A stretch of DNA of 64,000 bases from an uncultured Gemmatimonadaceae bacterium (GTDB lineage Bacteria > Gemmatimonadota > Gemmatimonadetes > Gemmatimonadales > Gemmatimonadaceae), in contig CAWAGQ010000007.1 of assembly GCA_963781585.1 (NCBI GenBank), forward strand, positions 160,001 to 224,000, in the 5' to 3' direction. Positions 1-10,517 of this stretch are shown here, piece after piece; within the stretch, counting starts at the first letter, position 1, and every line of letters begins with the position of its first letter. Position numbers and translations under genes: made by a program. Below the pieces are notes generated by a model. That model did no database searches. It worked only from the letters and a program-made list of their open reading frames with translations, and had not been told where the DNA came from.

Positions 1-5
1 GTCGT

Positions 6-548
6 TTATCCAACGGTCAGTGGCGTCACATCGCGCCCGCAGTGTTTGCATACGCGGGCCCGTGCGAGAATGCGCTCCGCACACCACGGACATTCGCGCC
101 CCGCATCGCTCGTACTAGAAAGCGCAGCTCCGGGCGATGCTCCTGGATTCTGGAAGGCAAAGGCGAGCAGCCGGAAGCTCAAGACATACACTCCCCCACG
201 CAGGAACGACATGAGAGCCATCAACCCGAGAGCGTCACCAGCGAGATGGTCCCTGAAGCGCATCACGCCGACTATTGCCAAGGAGGAAGTCAACCAGGCA
301 CCAAGGAAGACGGGTCGCCATCCCTTCATTCCGCGAGCGAGTCGCCATCCCCATGTTACGGCGACTGCTGCAATCGTCAGATCGAGACCTAGTGACGCGT
401 AGCGGCCAGAAGCATTTGACAGACTTCTGGCCACGTCGTAGCCGACCACGCTTTTCGTGTTCCAATCCGCAAAGACGGCGCCTAGTACGAGTGTCACTGG
501 TGCGAACGTACCGAACGCAAACGCGCCGACGCGCTTAAAAACGTCCAT
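6..548 (-). CDS. Cassette membrane protein with C-terminal zinc ribbon
   Basis: Hydrophobic segments, then CPWC...CKHC. Lies downstream of the attC at 735-848. Confidence 0.7.
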   Translation of the reverse strand: MDVFKRVGAFAFGTFAPVTLVLGAVFADWNTKSVVGYDVARSLSNASGRYASLGLDLTIAAVAVTWGWRLARGMKGWRPVFLGAWLTSSLAIVGVMRFRDHLAGDALGLMALMSFLRGGVYVLSFRLLAFAFQNPGASPGAALSSTSDAGRECPWCAERILARARVCKHCGRDVTPLTVG

Positions 549-734
549 CGTTGCTAGCCCACAGCGCTGTATGGATCATTGTCGGCAGAAAAACAAGCGG
601 TGTTGTAATCAAGGCACGACTCCTTGCGCAGGATTCAAAAGGAACGCAGCGCCGGGCTAAGAGCGTGGCATGTCTGAATGGTAAGCTCTACAAACACCAG
701 GTTGGGGGATACAGGTGGGCCTTGAGATGCATAC

Positions 735-848
735 GCCTAACGTATGTCCTTCACGGCGAGGCAGGCGACAAGAACGCGGTGCGCCAGCACCGCTCCGAAT
801 GTGCCATTAACAGCTTCGCCGTCAGGTGCAGTGCCCCCCCCGTTAGGC
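735..848 (-). other. attC site (partly degenerate)
   Basis: GCCTAAC at 735 and GTTAGGC at 842 with an internal ACGGCGA/TCGCCGT stem. Adjacent to the stop of ORF 852. Confidence 0.65.
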
Positions 849-851
849 GTT

Positions 852-1775
852 TCAGGTATCGGGAACAGGCTTGATCGTCTGCCGCCGCTTGTAGTCGGCA
901 AAGAAGTCAACTTGATCCTCGTATGAGATCGATTCAACCCAACGCTCAACTGCCGACCACTGGATCGAGGCAGAATCGATTTGGGTCCAAGGTTCGTTCC
1001 TAGTGTCTTCAATAGTGGAGAATCTGCCAAGGAATCCTGATTCCAGCTGTCGCTGAATATCCTCAGACACGGCCTGACGTAAAAAGCGCACAAGGTCGTC
1101 GTGAGCGCGGACGGCGCGGAGAGTATGCTGGAGATTCAAGGGGAGTATCGTCGCAACAAGGTCGGGAAATACTTCCGACTCTGAAAACATGCCGATCTTA
1201 AGCTTGGCACGTTTGAGCTGGAATGGCCAACCATCTGGACCAGCCCAAGTTGGCGCCGGATGCACTACTCCGTTGCGGTAATCAACAACATCTTGGAGCT
1301 GTTTCCGCAGTTCGGCGGGCGGAGAACCGGCCTCAAGAAGTTCCAGTGTCACGCCAAGCCGTTCCGAGAACGGCAAGACGTCGAAGCCATTTACTGCAAA
1401 TTTCAGCGCATTTACCACCGTGACCTGTTCACGAAGCCTCAATTCCGACGTCAAGCGCAGAAGTGCTTCGATGGCGAAGGCAGGGAACAGGACGCTTGAA
1501 AGCAAGGGCCCGGATGCCGTAACGGAGTACATTCCCGCCACGAAAACAGCGGTCTCCATGGGTGGCCGACCGGTATCGAGGAGTGCTTGCCACCCTGCGT
1601 GCAGCTTCCTGAGGGCCAGCACGGAAGCCTCAACACATGACTCCGTCGCGTCACGAAGGAACTGCCAAGACGACGAAGCCTTGAGATAGATATGCTCTTC
1701 GTAGTACGTGCGACGCTCCTCCGGGTCCATGGAGAGAGCACGCAGGTCTATGCGAGAAGAGTCGTCGCTGTTCAC
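852..1775 (-). CDS. Cassette hypothetical protein with possible HEPN-like RxxxxH motif
   Basis: Long ORF between attC sites containing YRNGVVH. Start uncertain (GTG 1775 or ATG 1730). Confidence 0.6.
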   Translation of the reverse strand: MNSDDSSRIDLRALSMDPEERRTYYEEHIYLKASSSWQFLRDATESCVEASVLALRKLHAGWQALLDTGRPPMETAVFVAGMYSVTASGPLLSSVLFPAFAIEALLRLTSELRLREQVTVVNALKFAVNGFDVLPFSERLGVTLELLEAGSPPAELRKQLQDVVDYRNGVVHPAPTWAGPDGWPFQLKRAKLKIGMFSESEVFPDLVATILPLNLQHTLRAVRAHDDLVRFLRQAVSEDIQRQLESGFLGRFSTIEDTRNEPWTQIDSASIQWSAVERWVESISYEDQVDFFADYKRRQTIKPVPDT

Positions 1776-1846
1776 GATCTCGCCTGGCTCACTTAGTCGC
1801 TTGCGGATCGCGAGAATTGGTCTTCGAACAGTGTCAGGCCTCCCAC

Positions 1847-1957
1847 AGCTAACGCCCCGAATCCTGATGCAGCGGCGTCCTGTCAAGGAGACGCGGCGAC
1901 CGCGTAGCGGGCCTCCGCGCACACCGTCGCGCCGCTGCCAGCAGCAATTCCTTAGCC
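1847..1957 (-). other. Degenerate attC
   Basis: AGCTAAC...GCAGCGGCG/CGCCGCTGC...CAGCAGCAATTC resembles the attC at 15436. R'' is mutated to CTTAGCC. Confidence 0.55.
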
Positions 1958-1958
1958 G

Positions 1959-2486
1959 TCACCCACGTCGACGCCAGTGGCGAGGATGGCGGCGACGGTG
2001 TATGCAGGCAATCCTGTAGGTGGTATCGCCGCGCACGGTGAAGTAGAAGGCAAAATGGGAAGCGGCGCAAGAGGGCTCGTCGTACAGTGCGCGCAGCCCA
2101 AGGCTGCGCTCCGGGAGCCCGCCGGATCTCCGCCAGCCCGACATCCACGGGTGTGGACGAACTCCCCTGCTGCGGAGTTGGAGCGCACGGCGTACCATTT
2201 CGGCGCGTCTGCAATATTCTCGGCTGCTGCGTGCCGAAGAACGAAGCGCGGCGTCCACCGGCGCGCTGAAGGGCGCCGAGGAGTTGTGCCCGCCGCGCTT
2301 CCCACAGAACCGAATCGTCTGGATGGGCGTCCAGGTCGGCGACACGCCGGTCGAGCTCCGCCTGCTGACCCGGCGTGAGCGTGAGAGCATCGGCGTCGGG
2401 CTCGATGCTGTCCCAGAGATCCTCGGCCAAGTGAATACGCTCGGTGGCCGTGAGGTGGCTGAAACGAAGGAAGACTTACGACTCAT
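1959..2486 (-). pseudogene. Frameshifted addiction-module antitoxin plus RelE/ParE toxin
   Basis: Antitoxin MSRKSSF/FSHLTATERIHLAEDLWDSI is split by a frameshift. Toxin pieces (ADAPKWY; RRALLRRFPF; IACIHRRRHPRHWRRR) fall in three different frames. Confidence 0.75.
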
Positions 2487-2712
2487 TTGGAAATCTGCGG
2501 GAATCATACTGTAACGGGCTATGGAGCAGTGGTGTGCGGCTACCAGTATTGGCCCCGACAGCTCGCGCGGCCGCGGCGCGACGGCGATGTAGGTCTTGTA
2601 CGTCGGCGTATCCTTCATCACGTCGCGCGTGACGGTACCTTTCGACGCATGATCGTTCGTCCCCTGATCGCTGATCGGCGGCTGACAGAATTCAGCTTCA
2701 AGCCACGCCTAA

Positions 2713-3026
2713 ATGATTGAGGATCGCACCGCAGCCTACAGGGAGACGGTGCCTCTCGGAAGGCCTGTCGACCCTGTGAAGACCTCGTCAACCCGGCCGC
2801 TGTTGCGAATGGAACGTTCGACACCAACGCCTTGGGACTGTGGTCTGCCTGTCAACGGGCCCTCGACGCGCAGGTGATGGTCGTAGGGCAGGACTGGGGT
2901 GATCGCGACTACTTCGTCGCGAATCGGGGACAGGACGATCATCGTAATCCCACGAACTGGCGAGTGGTGGAGCTGATGGCCGAAGCTGGATTTCAGGTAT
3001 CAGACCCGGGCCAGGCAGCCGCCTGA
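2713..3026 (+). pseudogene. Truncated, frameshifted uracil-DNA glycosylase-like gene
   Basis: MIEDRTAAYRETV, then a frameshift to RKACRPCEDLVNP...VMVVGQDWGD, then an early stop. Confidence 0.55.
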
Positions 3027-3045
3027 GCCTCGCGCAACTGGGGAG

Positions 3046-3885
3046 CTACTTCTTCTTTCGTTGCATCTGCCTCAGCTCCCGTTGCGCTTCACTCATGGAC
3101 CACAGCACCACCAGCGTGCACGGCATCACGAGCTTCTCCTTCTTGTTTTCGCCCCAGTACCAGTGTCCATATTCCGGCGGGATGTCGGGCGGCTGGTAGA
3201 CTTCGACCGCATAGAGTTCGGCCACCTTGTGTATCGGGTTATACGAGTACGGAAAGCCGCCGTCGTAGATGACCTTGACGCAGCGCCACCCAACGATGGC
3301 CTCGACCGTATTTGGGTTGCCATGCAGGTTCCGGCGAAAGCCGGGCACGTCCCGCAGGACGAGGAGCGGAAAGTCCGGGTGATCCGCACCTCTGGCCAGG
3401 ATCTCCTGTCGGTCCATGAGGAATCCTCGGCCGGTCTCTCGCCGGCAGAGAACGCCCTCCAGCGTATAGCGCGCGCACTGGCGATTGGCCGTGATCTCCA
3501 CGCCAGCGAGCACCTGCGGCAGCCGCCGCATAACGATTGCCAGGGACTGCGTTTCACCAATCTTCAGGGTGAGCGGAAGCCGCGCCGGCGCGAACCCGAG
3601 CCGACGTACATCGATCGTCACGGCTCCCGGCTGAAGACGGCGCGCGTTGAATCGCCCGGCGGAGTCAGTGACCAGAATCGAACCACTTGGCGAGATGAGG
3701 ACACTCGCGCCGGCGACCGGCAGGCCGAGGGAGTCCCGCACGGCGCCGGCAATGGACGAGAGGAGTGAATCCGGCGTGGTCATCGCCGGCGTCTGAGCGA
3801 TGGCGGCCACCGGGTGCGTGGCCGCGAGGATCAGCAGGAGCCAGCCCCAGCCGCGCAGTGGACGAGACGGGCGCTGGTGTTTCAT
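3046..3885 (-). CDS. Secreted carboxypeptidase-regulatory-like domain protein
   Basis: Signal peptide and the pattern GAVRDSLGLPVAGASV...TDSAGRF...RRLGF. Confidence 0.75.
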   Translation of the reverse strand: MKHQRPSRPLRGWGWLLLILAATHPVAAIAQTPAMTTPDSLLSSIAGAVRDSLGLPVAGASVLISPSGSILVTDSAGRFNARRLQPGAVTIDVRRLGFAPARLPLTLKIGETQSLAIVMRRLPQVLAGVEITANRQCARYTLEGVLCRRETGRGFLMDRQEILARGADHPDFPLLVLRDVPGFRRNLHGNPNTVEAIVGWRCVKVIYDGGFPYSYNPIHKVAELYAVEVYQPPDIPPEYGHWYWGENKKEKLVMPCTLVVLWSMSEAQRELRQMQRKKK

Positions 3886-3942
3886 TGACGGTAACCTGGC
3901 ACGGTCGAGTCTCGTCCTCATCGCGTACTGACCTTGGTGGCC

Positions 3943-4188
3943 GCCGAACGAATGGGGTTGAGCTGCGAACGCTCAGTGTGAATGCGCCCGCGGAACGGGC
4001 GTTACCGACAGGTGCGGGTTCGTCTGCTCCAACCCGCCTCTGAGAGCCTAACGGTCAAGGGGCAATGGCTTCCCGCCGACTGATTGCTCAGTCGGTGGTG
4101 AATGTGGAACGACCGTGGCGCGCGCTGGCGCAGCCACAGCGCGCGCTTCCGAAAGCGTCTGCGCGGTCAGCTTCATGCTCCGTTAGAC
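3943..4188 (-). other. Two damaged attC remnants
   Basis: GCCGAAC-GGGTTGAGC...GCTCCAACCC lacks an R'' GTT. 4119-4188 resembles the right half of the attC at 22755 and ends in GTTAGAC. Confidence 0.5.
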
Positions 4189-4499
4189 CTCACCGAGCTA
4201 CCAAGCTGCGCTTCCTTTGTCAAACGTGATCGTTACAAGTGGCCCCGGTGTCTCGATGAAATTGTTCATGGCGATGAGTCCTGTAAACTGCCGCCAGTTC
4301 GGACCAACCATGAACGACATGCTTTGGTTCACGTAGTCGAGCGCTGCCTGTCGCAGTGCCGGGCCGTGCGCGAGGCTCTCGTTCGAGACCGCCCGTAGAA
4401 CGCCGGCGCTGCAATCCGACGCGCCTCACAAGGCCACGGGGCGCAAGGGTGCGGGCACGGCGTCCGACGAGTGAATCATATGGTGCGGCATGCCGGGTC

Positions 4500-4940
4500 T
4501 CAAAGCACATAGCCGGCGATCCACTCGTCAACTTCGGCGAGGCTCCGAGGCATCCACTGGTCATCGGGGTTGACGACGTAATCAGCGCCGACGTAGCTGT
4601 ACAAGCCACGCCAACTCAGAAGGCTCCATCCTTCAAGACTTGTGTCAGCTCGGAGGGCTGGTGTTGACACGTCATCCTGGAATACCAACGTCCGGCGGAA
4701 GGGTGGGGGAGTGGGCTCGGGGAAAGTGTCTGTTCCGGTCCGTCCCATGCCGACCAACGTGATCGTGCCATCGCTCTCCGTCCAGGTGCCTGCCGCGGCG
4801 CTCCGCTCGTATCCGCGCCAGTATCCAGCGAAAAGAAACGATCCCCGAGGCCGCAAGTAGAGAACGATGTAGGCGTCACCATCCTCCGGGTGGAACCGGA
4901 TGACCTTCAAATAGGTGGCAGCCAAGGAAGCTGGCTTCAT
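4500..4940 (-). CDS. Cassette hypothetical protein
   Basis: ORF starts about 20 bp after the attC core at 4963-4969. Confidence 0.65.
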   Translation of the reverse strand: MKPASLAATYLKVIRFHPEDGDAYIVLYLRPRGSFLFAGYWRGYERSAAAGTWTESDGTITLVGMGRTGTDTFPEPTPPPFRRTLVFQDDVSTPALRADTSLEGWSLLSWRGLYSYVGADYVVNPDDQWMPRSLAEVDEWIAGYVL

Positions 4941-4962
4941 GCACACGACGGTTCATTGGTCC

Positions 4963-5055
4963 GCATAACGCCTGCGCTCACTTGCAAGGGCATCCCATCG
5001 TGCGCGCGAAGCGCGCCCACCGATGACCCTTGCCAAGTGCAGCGCTCTGTTATGC
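4963..5055 (-). other. attC site
   Basis: GCATAAC-GCGCT CACTTG CAAGGG...CCCTTG C CAAGTG C AGCGC-GTTATGC. Near-perfect stem with extrahelical bases. Confidence 0.92.
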
Positions 5056-5361
5056 CGCACCGCGCCGCGTTCCTCGATGCAGTGCTTCGGCGACTGCGCG
5101 AGGATTTCGCGCGGTGACGCGCAGCAGGGCGAGTGCGGGGCCGTCGGGAGTGCGCCGCCCTTGCTCCCAGTTTCGGAGCGTGGCGACGCTTACGCCAATC
5201 ATTAAGGCGAACTCCTCCTGCGACTGGGCGAGGCGGGCCCGAATGTCCTTCACGTCCGTGGGCTTGAAGGTTGTGACTCGACGGGCCCGTCGCTCCCCTC
5301 GACGGATCTGCCCCGCCTGGCGCACTCCCTTCAACAGCTCTCGAAATGCCGCGTCCTTCAT
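5050..5361 (-). CDS. HigA-like XRE HTH antitoxin
   Basis: SQEEFALMIGVSVATLRNWEQGRRTP. ATGA overlap with the toxin. Stop lies inside R''. Confidence 0.9.
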   Translation of the reverse strand: MKDAAFRELLKGVRQAGQIRRGERRARRVTTFKPTDVKDIRARLAQSQEEFALMIGVSVATLRNWEQGRRTPDGPALALLRVTARNPRAVAEALHRGTRRGAA

Positions 5362-5675
5362 CCGAATTCCTCCCGTGCCACTCGAGCCAGTTCGCGGAGC
5401 TGCGTGCGCGTGAGGTCCCCCTGTTCGTTCTTCGCGAAGAGGTAGGCCATCAGACACACGTCGTCGGCGACCGCCCAATAGTAGATGATGCGCAGTCCGC
5501 CGCGCTTGCCCCGACCCTCGGCTTGCCACCGGAGCTTCCGGAGGCCGGCTCCGCCCGGGATCAAGAGTCCCTGCGCGGGCCGGAGGACGAGCGACAGCTG
5601 GAGGGCGCGGTACTGCTCGTCATCGAGATGTCGGCGCAACGCTGCGGTGAACGCCGGCGTCTCGATGAAGCGCAT
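5358..5675 (-). CDS. RelE/HigB-family toxin
   Basis: FIETPAF...GLRKLRW...GKRGGLRIIYY...FAKNEQGDLT. Confidence 0.9.
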   Translation of the reverse strand: MRFIETPAFTAALRRHLDDEQYRALQLSLVLRPAQGLLIPGGAGLRKLRWQAEGRGKRGGLRIIYYWAVADDVCLMAYLFAKNEQGDLTRTQLRELARVAREEFG

Positions 5676-5736
5676 GCCCGAAGACTACGTCATTGGCGCA
5701 GCCCACGCAATAGCCTCCACAGAGTGTCGGAGTGCG

Positions 5737-5854
5737 GGATAACGGATTGCGCTTCTGCCGCGAGGCCAGGTGAGGCCGCCGCAGTCCTTAGATAAAGAAT
5801 ACTCCGCGGCGGCCGAACCGTTCTGGCCTCGTCGGCAGCAAGCGCGGGTTATGC
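5737..5854 (-). other. attC site
   Basis: GGATAAC-GCGCTT CTGCCG CGAGGCCAG...CTGGCCTCG T CGGCAG C AAGCGC-GTTATGC. Confidence 0.88.
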
Positions 5855-7362
5855 GGCGCCCGCCTCCGACCCGCACTCCTGCGGACATCATGTTCGTGTA
5901 CCACTGTTTCCTCGTGACGTCGGGACAGACAACGCGCCTCCTACCTGATTCGTGTCTCCCTCGGAGCGACCCCACAGTTCGGCCAGGCGCCCTCGCTCCT
6001 TACGCGAGAAATCAACGTTGTGTCCTCGCTCGCCTGGTAGGCGAGCATGGCAACGAGCGTGGCATTGTACTTCAAATCGTCGAACACCACCTTGTCATAG
6101 CTGTCGCGGTTCGTGTGGGAGGCGTCACCGTAGCTCCAACTGACCTCGGCGCTCCACAGTCCGAAGGAAGGTGCCCCCTTGCATGCGAACACAGCGCCGT
6201 CCATGCTCGGCCCCCGCGGCGGCTTGGAATCAGCCTCGAAACGAATACTGTCAGTGAAGTCACGAGGTAGCTGGCTACGCCACGCCTGCAAGTGGTCGTT
6301 GATGCCGACCAGCCCACCACTGATGGCGCCGCCTCCCGACCCTCCGCCGTTTACCCAGCGGACACGTCCAGTACCATCATCCTGATTGAACATGGCCTGC
6401 ATACCAGCAATCACGTCGGGGTGATCCTCGGACCAAGCACGAGACCCAACCATGTGCTGCTCCTCGCCACTCCAGTGCCCCACAAGAATCGTCCGTTTGG
6501 GGTGTGGGTACACGAGGCTCAGAATGCGCATTGCCTCCATCATCATCAGTGTACCGGTGCCGTTGTCGATGGCGCCAGACGCGCCATCGAAGGAGTCGAA
6601 ATGGGCCGAGAGCATCACATATTCGTTCGGCTTTTCCCGTCCAGGAATGCGGGCGATCGTGTTGAACACCGGCACTTCACCGAGCAGTTCCGCATCCGCG
6701 TTGACACGGAGCCGCGGATGCTGGTTGTATTCGGTCAGGCGGTAAACGAGCCCATAGTCCTCGCAACCAAGTGAGATGGCAGGAGCCGTCTCGTTGTCGG
6801 TCATGGCATCGATCCGTGTTGCACCGGCGTTGCCCTTCGGCTGGGACGACACAACGCCTGACACGTGGGCGGCATCGAGCCGCCTACCGAGTCTCGTAAA
6901 GCCCAGGGTACTCAGTGAGAAACCCGCGCCGAGGATGCGTGTGTCCCAGTCGCGCCGGTTCGCCTCAAGCAAACTATCCATTGACCGCTTTGACGCTGGC
7001 GTCGCAAACTTGTCCCAATCGGAGCTAGGTCGACAGGTGGGCTGCGGAGCCGAGATCAGCACATATTTACCCGCCGCCTGCGGCAGCCATGCATCAAACT
7101 CGGTGCTGTCGCGGAATCGGGGCAGGATGATCGTACCCGCCGTGACGTCTTTGCCGCCCGTGCCCGGGCTCCAGCCGAGGAGGGTGGCATCGAGGACGCG
7201 AACGCGTGGACTGACCAAGGCGGTCGTGGCGATGCCCCGTCCCCCGGTGGCCACCCAAAATCCCCCACCCGTGGCCACCCCAAACTCCTCCACCTCGCGT
7301 GATCGTCTGAGCGCCTAATCTCGGGGCGCCGCACGGCGGGACGTTACGCTTGCCTCCTCACC

Positions 7363-8952
7363 ATGAGGAGGGGAGGAGTGAACGTCTTGAAGCCGTTTCT
7401 GCGCATCACCATCGCCACGCTGCTGGGCAGCGCGACGCCGCACCGCGAGATCGAGCGGCGGACCGGCGTCGATCGGAAAACCATCCGGCGCTACGCCCTG
7501 AAGGCAAATGCCCCCGGGGTGGCCACCGGCTCCGTTGCCGTCAACGACCAAACTCCCCCACCCCGGCCACCGGCTTTGGACGGGACTGCGGCCCCGGTGC
7601 GACCGGCCCTGACCGTCTCGGCGTGCGCGGCACACCGCCCGTGGATCGAGGCGCAGGTCGCGCTCGGGCGGAACGCCATGAGCATTTTCCAAGACCTGGT
7701 CGAAGCCCATGGCTTTGCCCATCGGTACAACTCCGTGAAGCGCTTTGTGGCGACGCTGAAGGCGCGCGCGCCCGAGCGCTACGACGTGTTGGAGTTCTTG
7801 CCGGGCGAAGAAGCGCAGGTCGACTACGGCCGCGGTGCGCCAACGAACCGGCCGTCGGGCACGGCCCAGAAGCGCCAGCGGCCGTACCTGTTCGTGATGA
7901 CGCTCAAGTATTCGGGGAAGAGTTTCCGGAAAGTGGTGTGGAAGACCAGCCAAGTGATCTGGGCCGAGCTGCATGAGGAAGCGTTTCGGGCGCTGGGCGG
8001 GTGTCCCCAATACATCGTGTTAGACAACTTGAAAGAAGGCGTGCTCCGCCCCGACTTGTACGAGCCGGAGCTCAACCCGGTGTACGCCGCGTTGCTGGCG
8101 CACTATGGCGTCGTGGCCGATCCGTGCCGAGTCCGTGATCCGAATCGCAAAGGGACCGTCGAGAGCGCGATTCAGCACACGCAGGGCACGGGGCTCAAGG
8201 GCCGCACCTTCGACTCGATCGAGGCGCAGAACACGTGGCTCGTGCATTGGGAGGAGCGGTGGGCCGCGCTCCGCATTCACGGGCGGAAGAAGCGGCAGGT
8301 GCTCGAGCTCTATCGGGAAGAGCAGCCGCACCTCCGCCCGCTGCCGCTCGAGGGATTTCGCTTCTTCACTCAGGGCGTGCGCACGGTCGACGACGCGGGG
8401 CTCGTGCAGATCGAAGGCTCGTATTACGCCGCGTTGCCCGCGGCGCTGCACAGCGTGGTCACCGTCCGGATCTACCCGCGCGCAATCGAGATCCTCGACC
8501 GTGAGAACCGCGTCGTGCGCCGGCATGAGAAAGCCCTGCGGAAGGGCGCCTTCGTGATGGCGGGCTCGGATCGGCTCTTCAACCCGTCCCGCGAAACCAC
8601 GCGCGTGCTGGCGCGCGTCGAGTTGATCGGCCCGCACACGGCGGCGCTCGGGCGCGCCCTCTTCGCCCAGCTCGGCCGGCCCGGCAACCGGGCCCTCTAC
8701 GGCCTGGCGAGCCTGACGCGCACCTATCCACGCGCGGACATCGAAGCGGTGTGTGAGCGGATGCTCGCGGCGCAATGTGTGTCCTACGCGGCCGTCAAAG
8801 GCGCGCTCGCCCGACGCGCGGACGCTCCGCCCGCTGACCCACCGCTCACGCAATCCGGTCCGGGCATCCGGGCCATCACCGAATATCAGGCCTTCTGGGA
8901 AATGCACTCAGAGGCGCCCGCCCCGATGCTCTCACCGGAGAACACTCCATGA
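7363..8952 (+). CDS. istA: IS21 transposase
   Basis: HTH, then EAQVDYG, VLDNLKEGV and KGTVES DDE motifs. Confidence 0.95.
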   Translation: MRRGGVNVLKPFLRITIATLLGSATPHREIERRTGVDRKTIRRYALKANAPGVATGSVAVNDQTPPPRPPALDGTAAPVRPALTVSACAAHRPWIEAQVALGRNAMSIFQDLVEAHGFAHRYNSVKRFVATLKARAPERYDVLEFLPGEEAQVDYGRGAPTNRPSGTAQKRQRPYLFVMTLKYSGKSFRKVVWKTSQVIWAELHEEAFRALGGCPQYIVLDNLKEGVLRPDLYEPELNPVYAALLAHYGVVADPCRVRDPNRKGTVESAIQHTQGTGLKGRTFDSIEAQNTWLVHWEERWAALRIHGRKKRQVLELYREEQPHLRPLPLEGFRFFTQGVRTVDDAGLVQIEGSYYAALPAALHSVVTVRIYPRAIEILDRENRVVRRHEKALRKGAFVMAGSDRLFNPSRETTRVLARVELIGPHTAALGRALFAQLGRPGNRALYGLASLTRTYPRADIEAVCERMLAAQCVSYAAVKGALARRADAPPADPPLTQSGPGIRAITEYQAFWEMHSEAPAPMLSPENTP

Positions 8953-9716
8953 CGATGTCGATCACCGAACTCGAACAGGCGTTACGCGGCCTGCGGCTGT
9001 CGGGCATGAGCGCGACGCTCCAAGCCCGCGCCCTCCAAGTCACGACGCACGAGATGGAGTTTCTCGAGGCGGTCTCGTGGCTGGTCCAAGACGAACTCGA
9101 TCGCCGCCACTCCCGGCTCCTAGAGCGGCGCTTTGCGCTCTCCGGTCTGCCCGACCGCAAAGACTTGAAGACGATCGACTGGAGCTACAACGCGCGCTTG
9201 CCCAAGCGCGACGTGCTCGAACTGGGCACGCTCCAATTCATCGACGCCAAGGAAGACGTGCTCGTCCTCGGTCCGCCCGGAACGGGAAAGAGTCATTGTG
9301 CCAAAGCGCTGGCGCTGCTCGCCGTCCAGCGTGGCTACAAGGTCTTCTACCGCGAGGCGCATCAGCTCGTCGAGGACATCGCCGAAGCGCGCGAGCTCGC
9401 GCAGCTCCGCCAGTATCGCCGCCAACTGAAGACCGCCGACCTCCTCCTGATCGATGACCTCTTCTTGCGCAAACTCCCGCCGCAGGCCGGCGATGAACTC
9501 GCGGAAGTCCTGATGAGCCGCTACGAGAAGGCCTCGACGATCGTCACCTCCAACCGGCCCCTCGAGGATTGGGCCCGTCTGCTCGGCGATGCGGTGGTCG
9601 TTACTCCACTCCTCGACCGCCTCATGCACCACGGCCATTTACTAAAGTTTGAAGGCAAGAGCTGGCGCCTGAAGGAAGCCGCCGCCCGAGTTGCGAAACG
9701 CACCTCGGCCGCCTAA
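8949..9716 (+). CDS. istB: IS21 helper ATPase
   Basis: GPPGTGKS Walker A, LLLIDD, TSNRP, LDRLMHH. Confidence 0.95.
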   Translation: MTMSITELEQALRGLRLSGMSATLQARALQVTTHEMEFLEAVSWLVQDELDRRHSRLLERRFALSGLPDRKDLKTIDWSYNARLPKRDVLELGTLQFIDAKEDVLVLGPPGTGKSHCAKALALLAVQRGYKVFYREAHQLVEDIAEARELAQLRQYRRQLKTADLLLIDDLFLRKLPPQAGDELAEVLMSRYEKASTIVTSNRPLEDWARLLGDAVVVTPLLDRLMHHGHLLKFEGKSWRLKEAAARVAKRTSAA

Positions 9717-10122
9717 TGTCCCGCCGTCCCGCCGCGCGAGGGTGGGGGAGTTTGACCCGGCCACGGGTGGAGGAGTTTGAGGTGGCCACCGGGGCCCCGT
9801 CTCCAGCCACGCCACGTTCCATACGGCTCATTTGTCGCCTCAATACCCCACGACTTGTAGGTCTGAACCAGCCAGTTGTTTCCGTTCTTCTGACCGGGTG
9901 AGCCTGTGAGCCTGGGTCCGATCGAATCGAGCAACTGGTTCGCGAGGACCGGGAGCCTCGAACTGTCCATCCCAATGGACCAGATCCGTTTCATCACAGC
10001 ATCGCCCATGGGAACCGTCTGGGCGTTCAGTGATTGGACCCCGAACAGAAGCGTGCCAGCGGCAAATACGGAGCAGATGCGGAACACGTTCTCTCCTGGT
10101 CGAGGTCATCCGGACCGATGCC

Positions 10123-10232
10123 GCCTAACGTCGCAATTCAGCTGCGGCGCATCACATAGAATGCGGCTGGCGGGCGCAGACCGCCAGACGCTACCGACCG
10201 AAAACGCCGACAGCTGCAATTGCTGGTTATAC
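10123..10232 (-). other. attC site
   Basis: GCCTAAC-GCAATT CAGCTG CGGCG...CGCCG A CAGCTG C AATTGC-GTTATAC. Confidence 0.92.
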
Positions 10233-10517
10233 AGCCCGTTCACGAGAACGTCGGCGTGAACCCGCGCTGCCCCGCGTCAACTCTTCTCGCACCACGCGCC
10301 GAAGCACTCTTTCCAGTGGCTCGCGCGCCTGCTCCATCACCGTGCGCAGCGTTTGATTGATGAGCGTTTGGTAATTGCCGCCCCCCGCATCGTTGACCTG
10401 CTCACGAAACCACTCGAGAATGTCGTCGTCTAGCCGGATCGTGATTCTCGTTTTTCCCGGAGCGATCGGTAGCACTGCCCCGCGGCGCGCCTTGCTGAAG
10501 TCATATTCCTTACGCAT
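10227..10517 (-). CDS. brnA: BrnA antitoxin
   Basis: MRKEYDFSKARRG...ITIRLDDDILEWFR...YQTLINQTLR. Confidence 0.9.
   Translation of the reverse strand: MRKEYDFSKARRGAVLPIAPGKTRITIRLDDDILEWFREQVNDAGGGNYQTLINQTLRTVMEQAREPLERVLRRVVREELTRGSAGSRRRSRERAV

Larger units (their letters stand above)
7241..9794 (+). mobile_element. IS21-family insertion sequence
   Basis: istA/istB pair. Inverted repeats CCCCGGTGGCCAC with tandem internal repeats. CCCCGT is duplicated at 7235-7240 and 9795-9800. Confidence 0.93.
5941..10087 (-). pseudogene. M28-family secreted peptidase interrupted by IS21
   Basis: The N-terminus (...IGPRLTGSPG...GWRRG) rejoins in frame with IATT...SAHFDS...DNGTG...SGEE when the IS and one target copy are removed. 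Confidence 0.9.
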
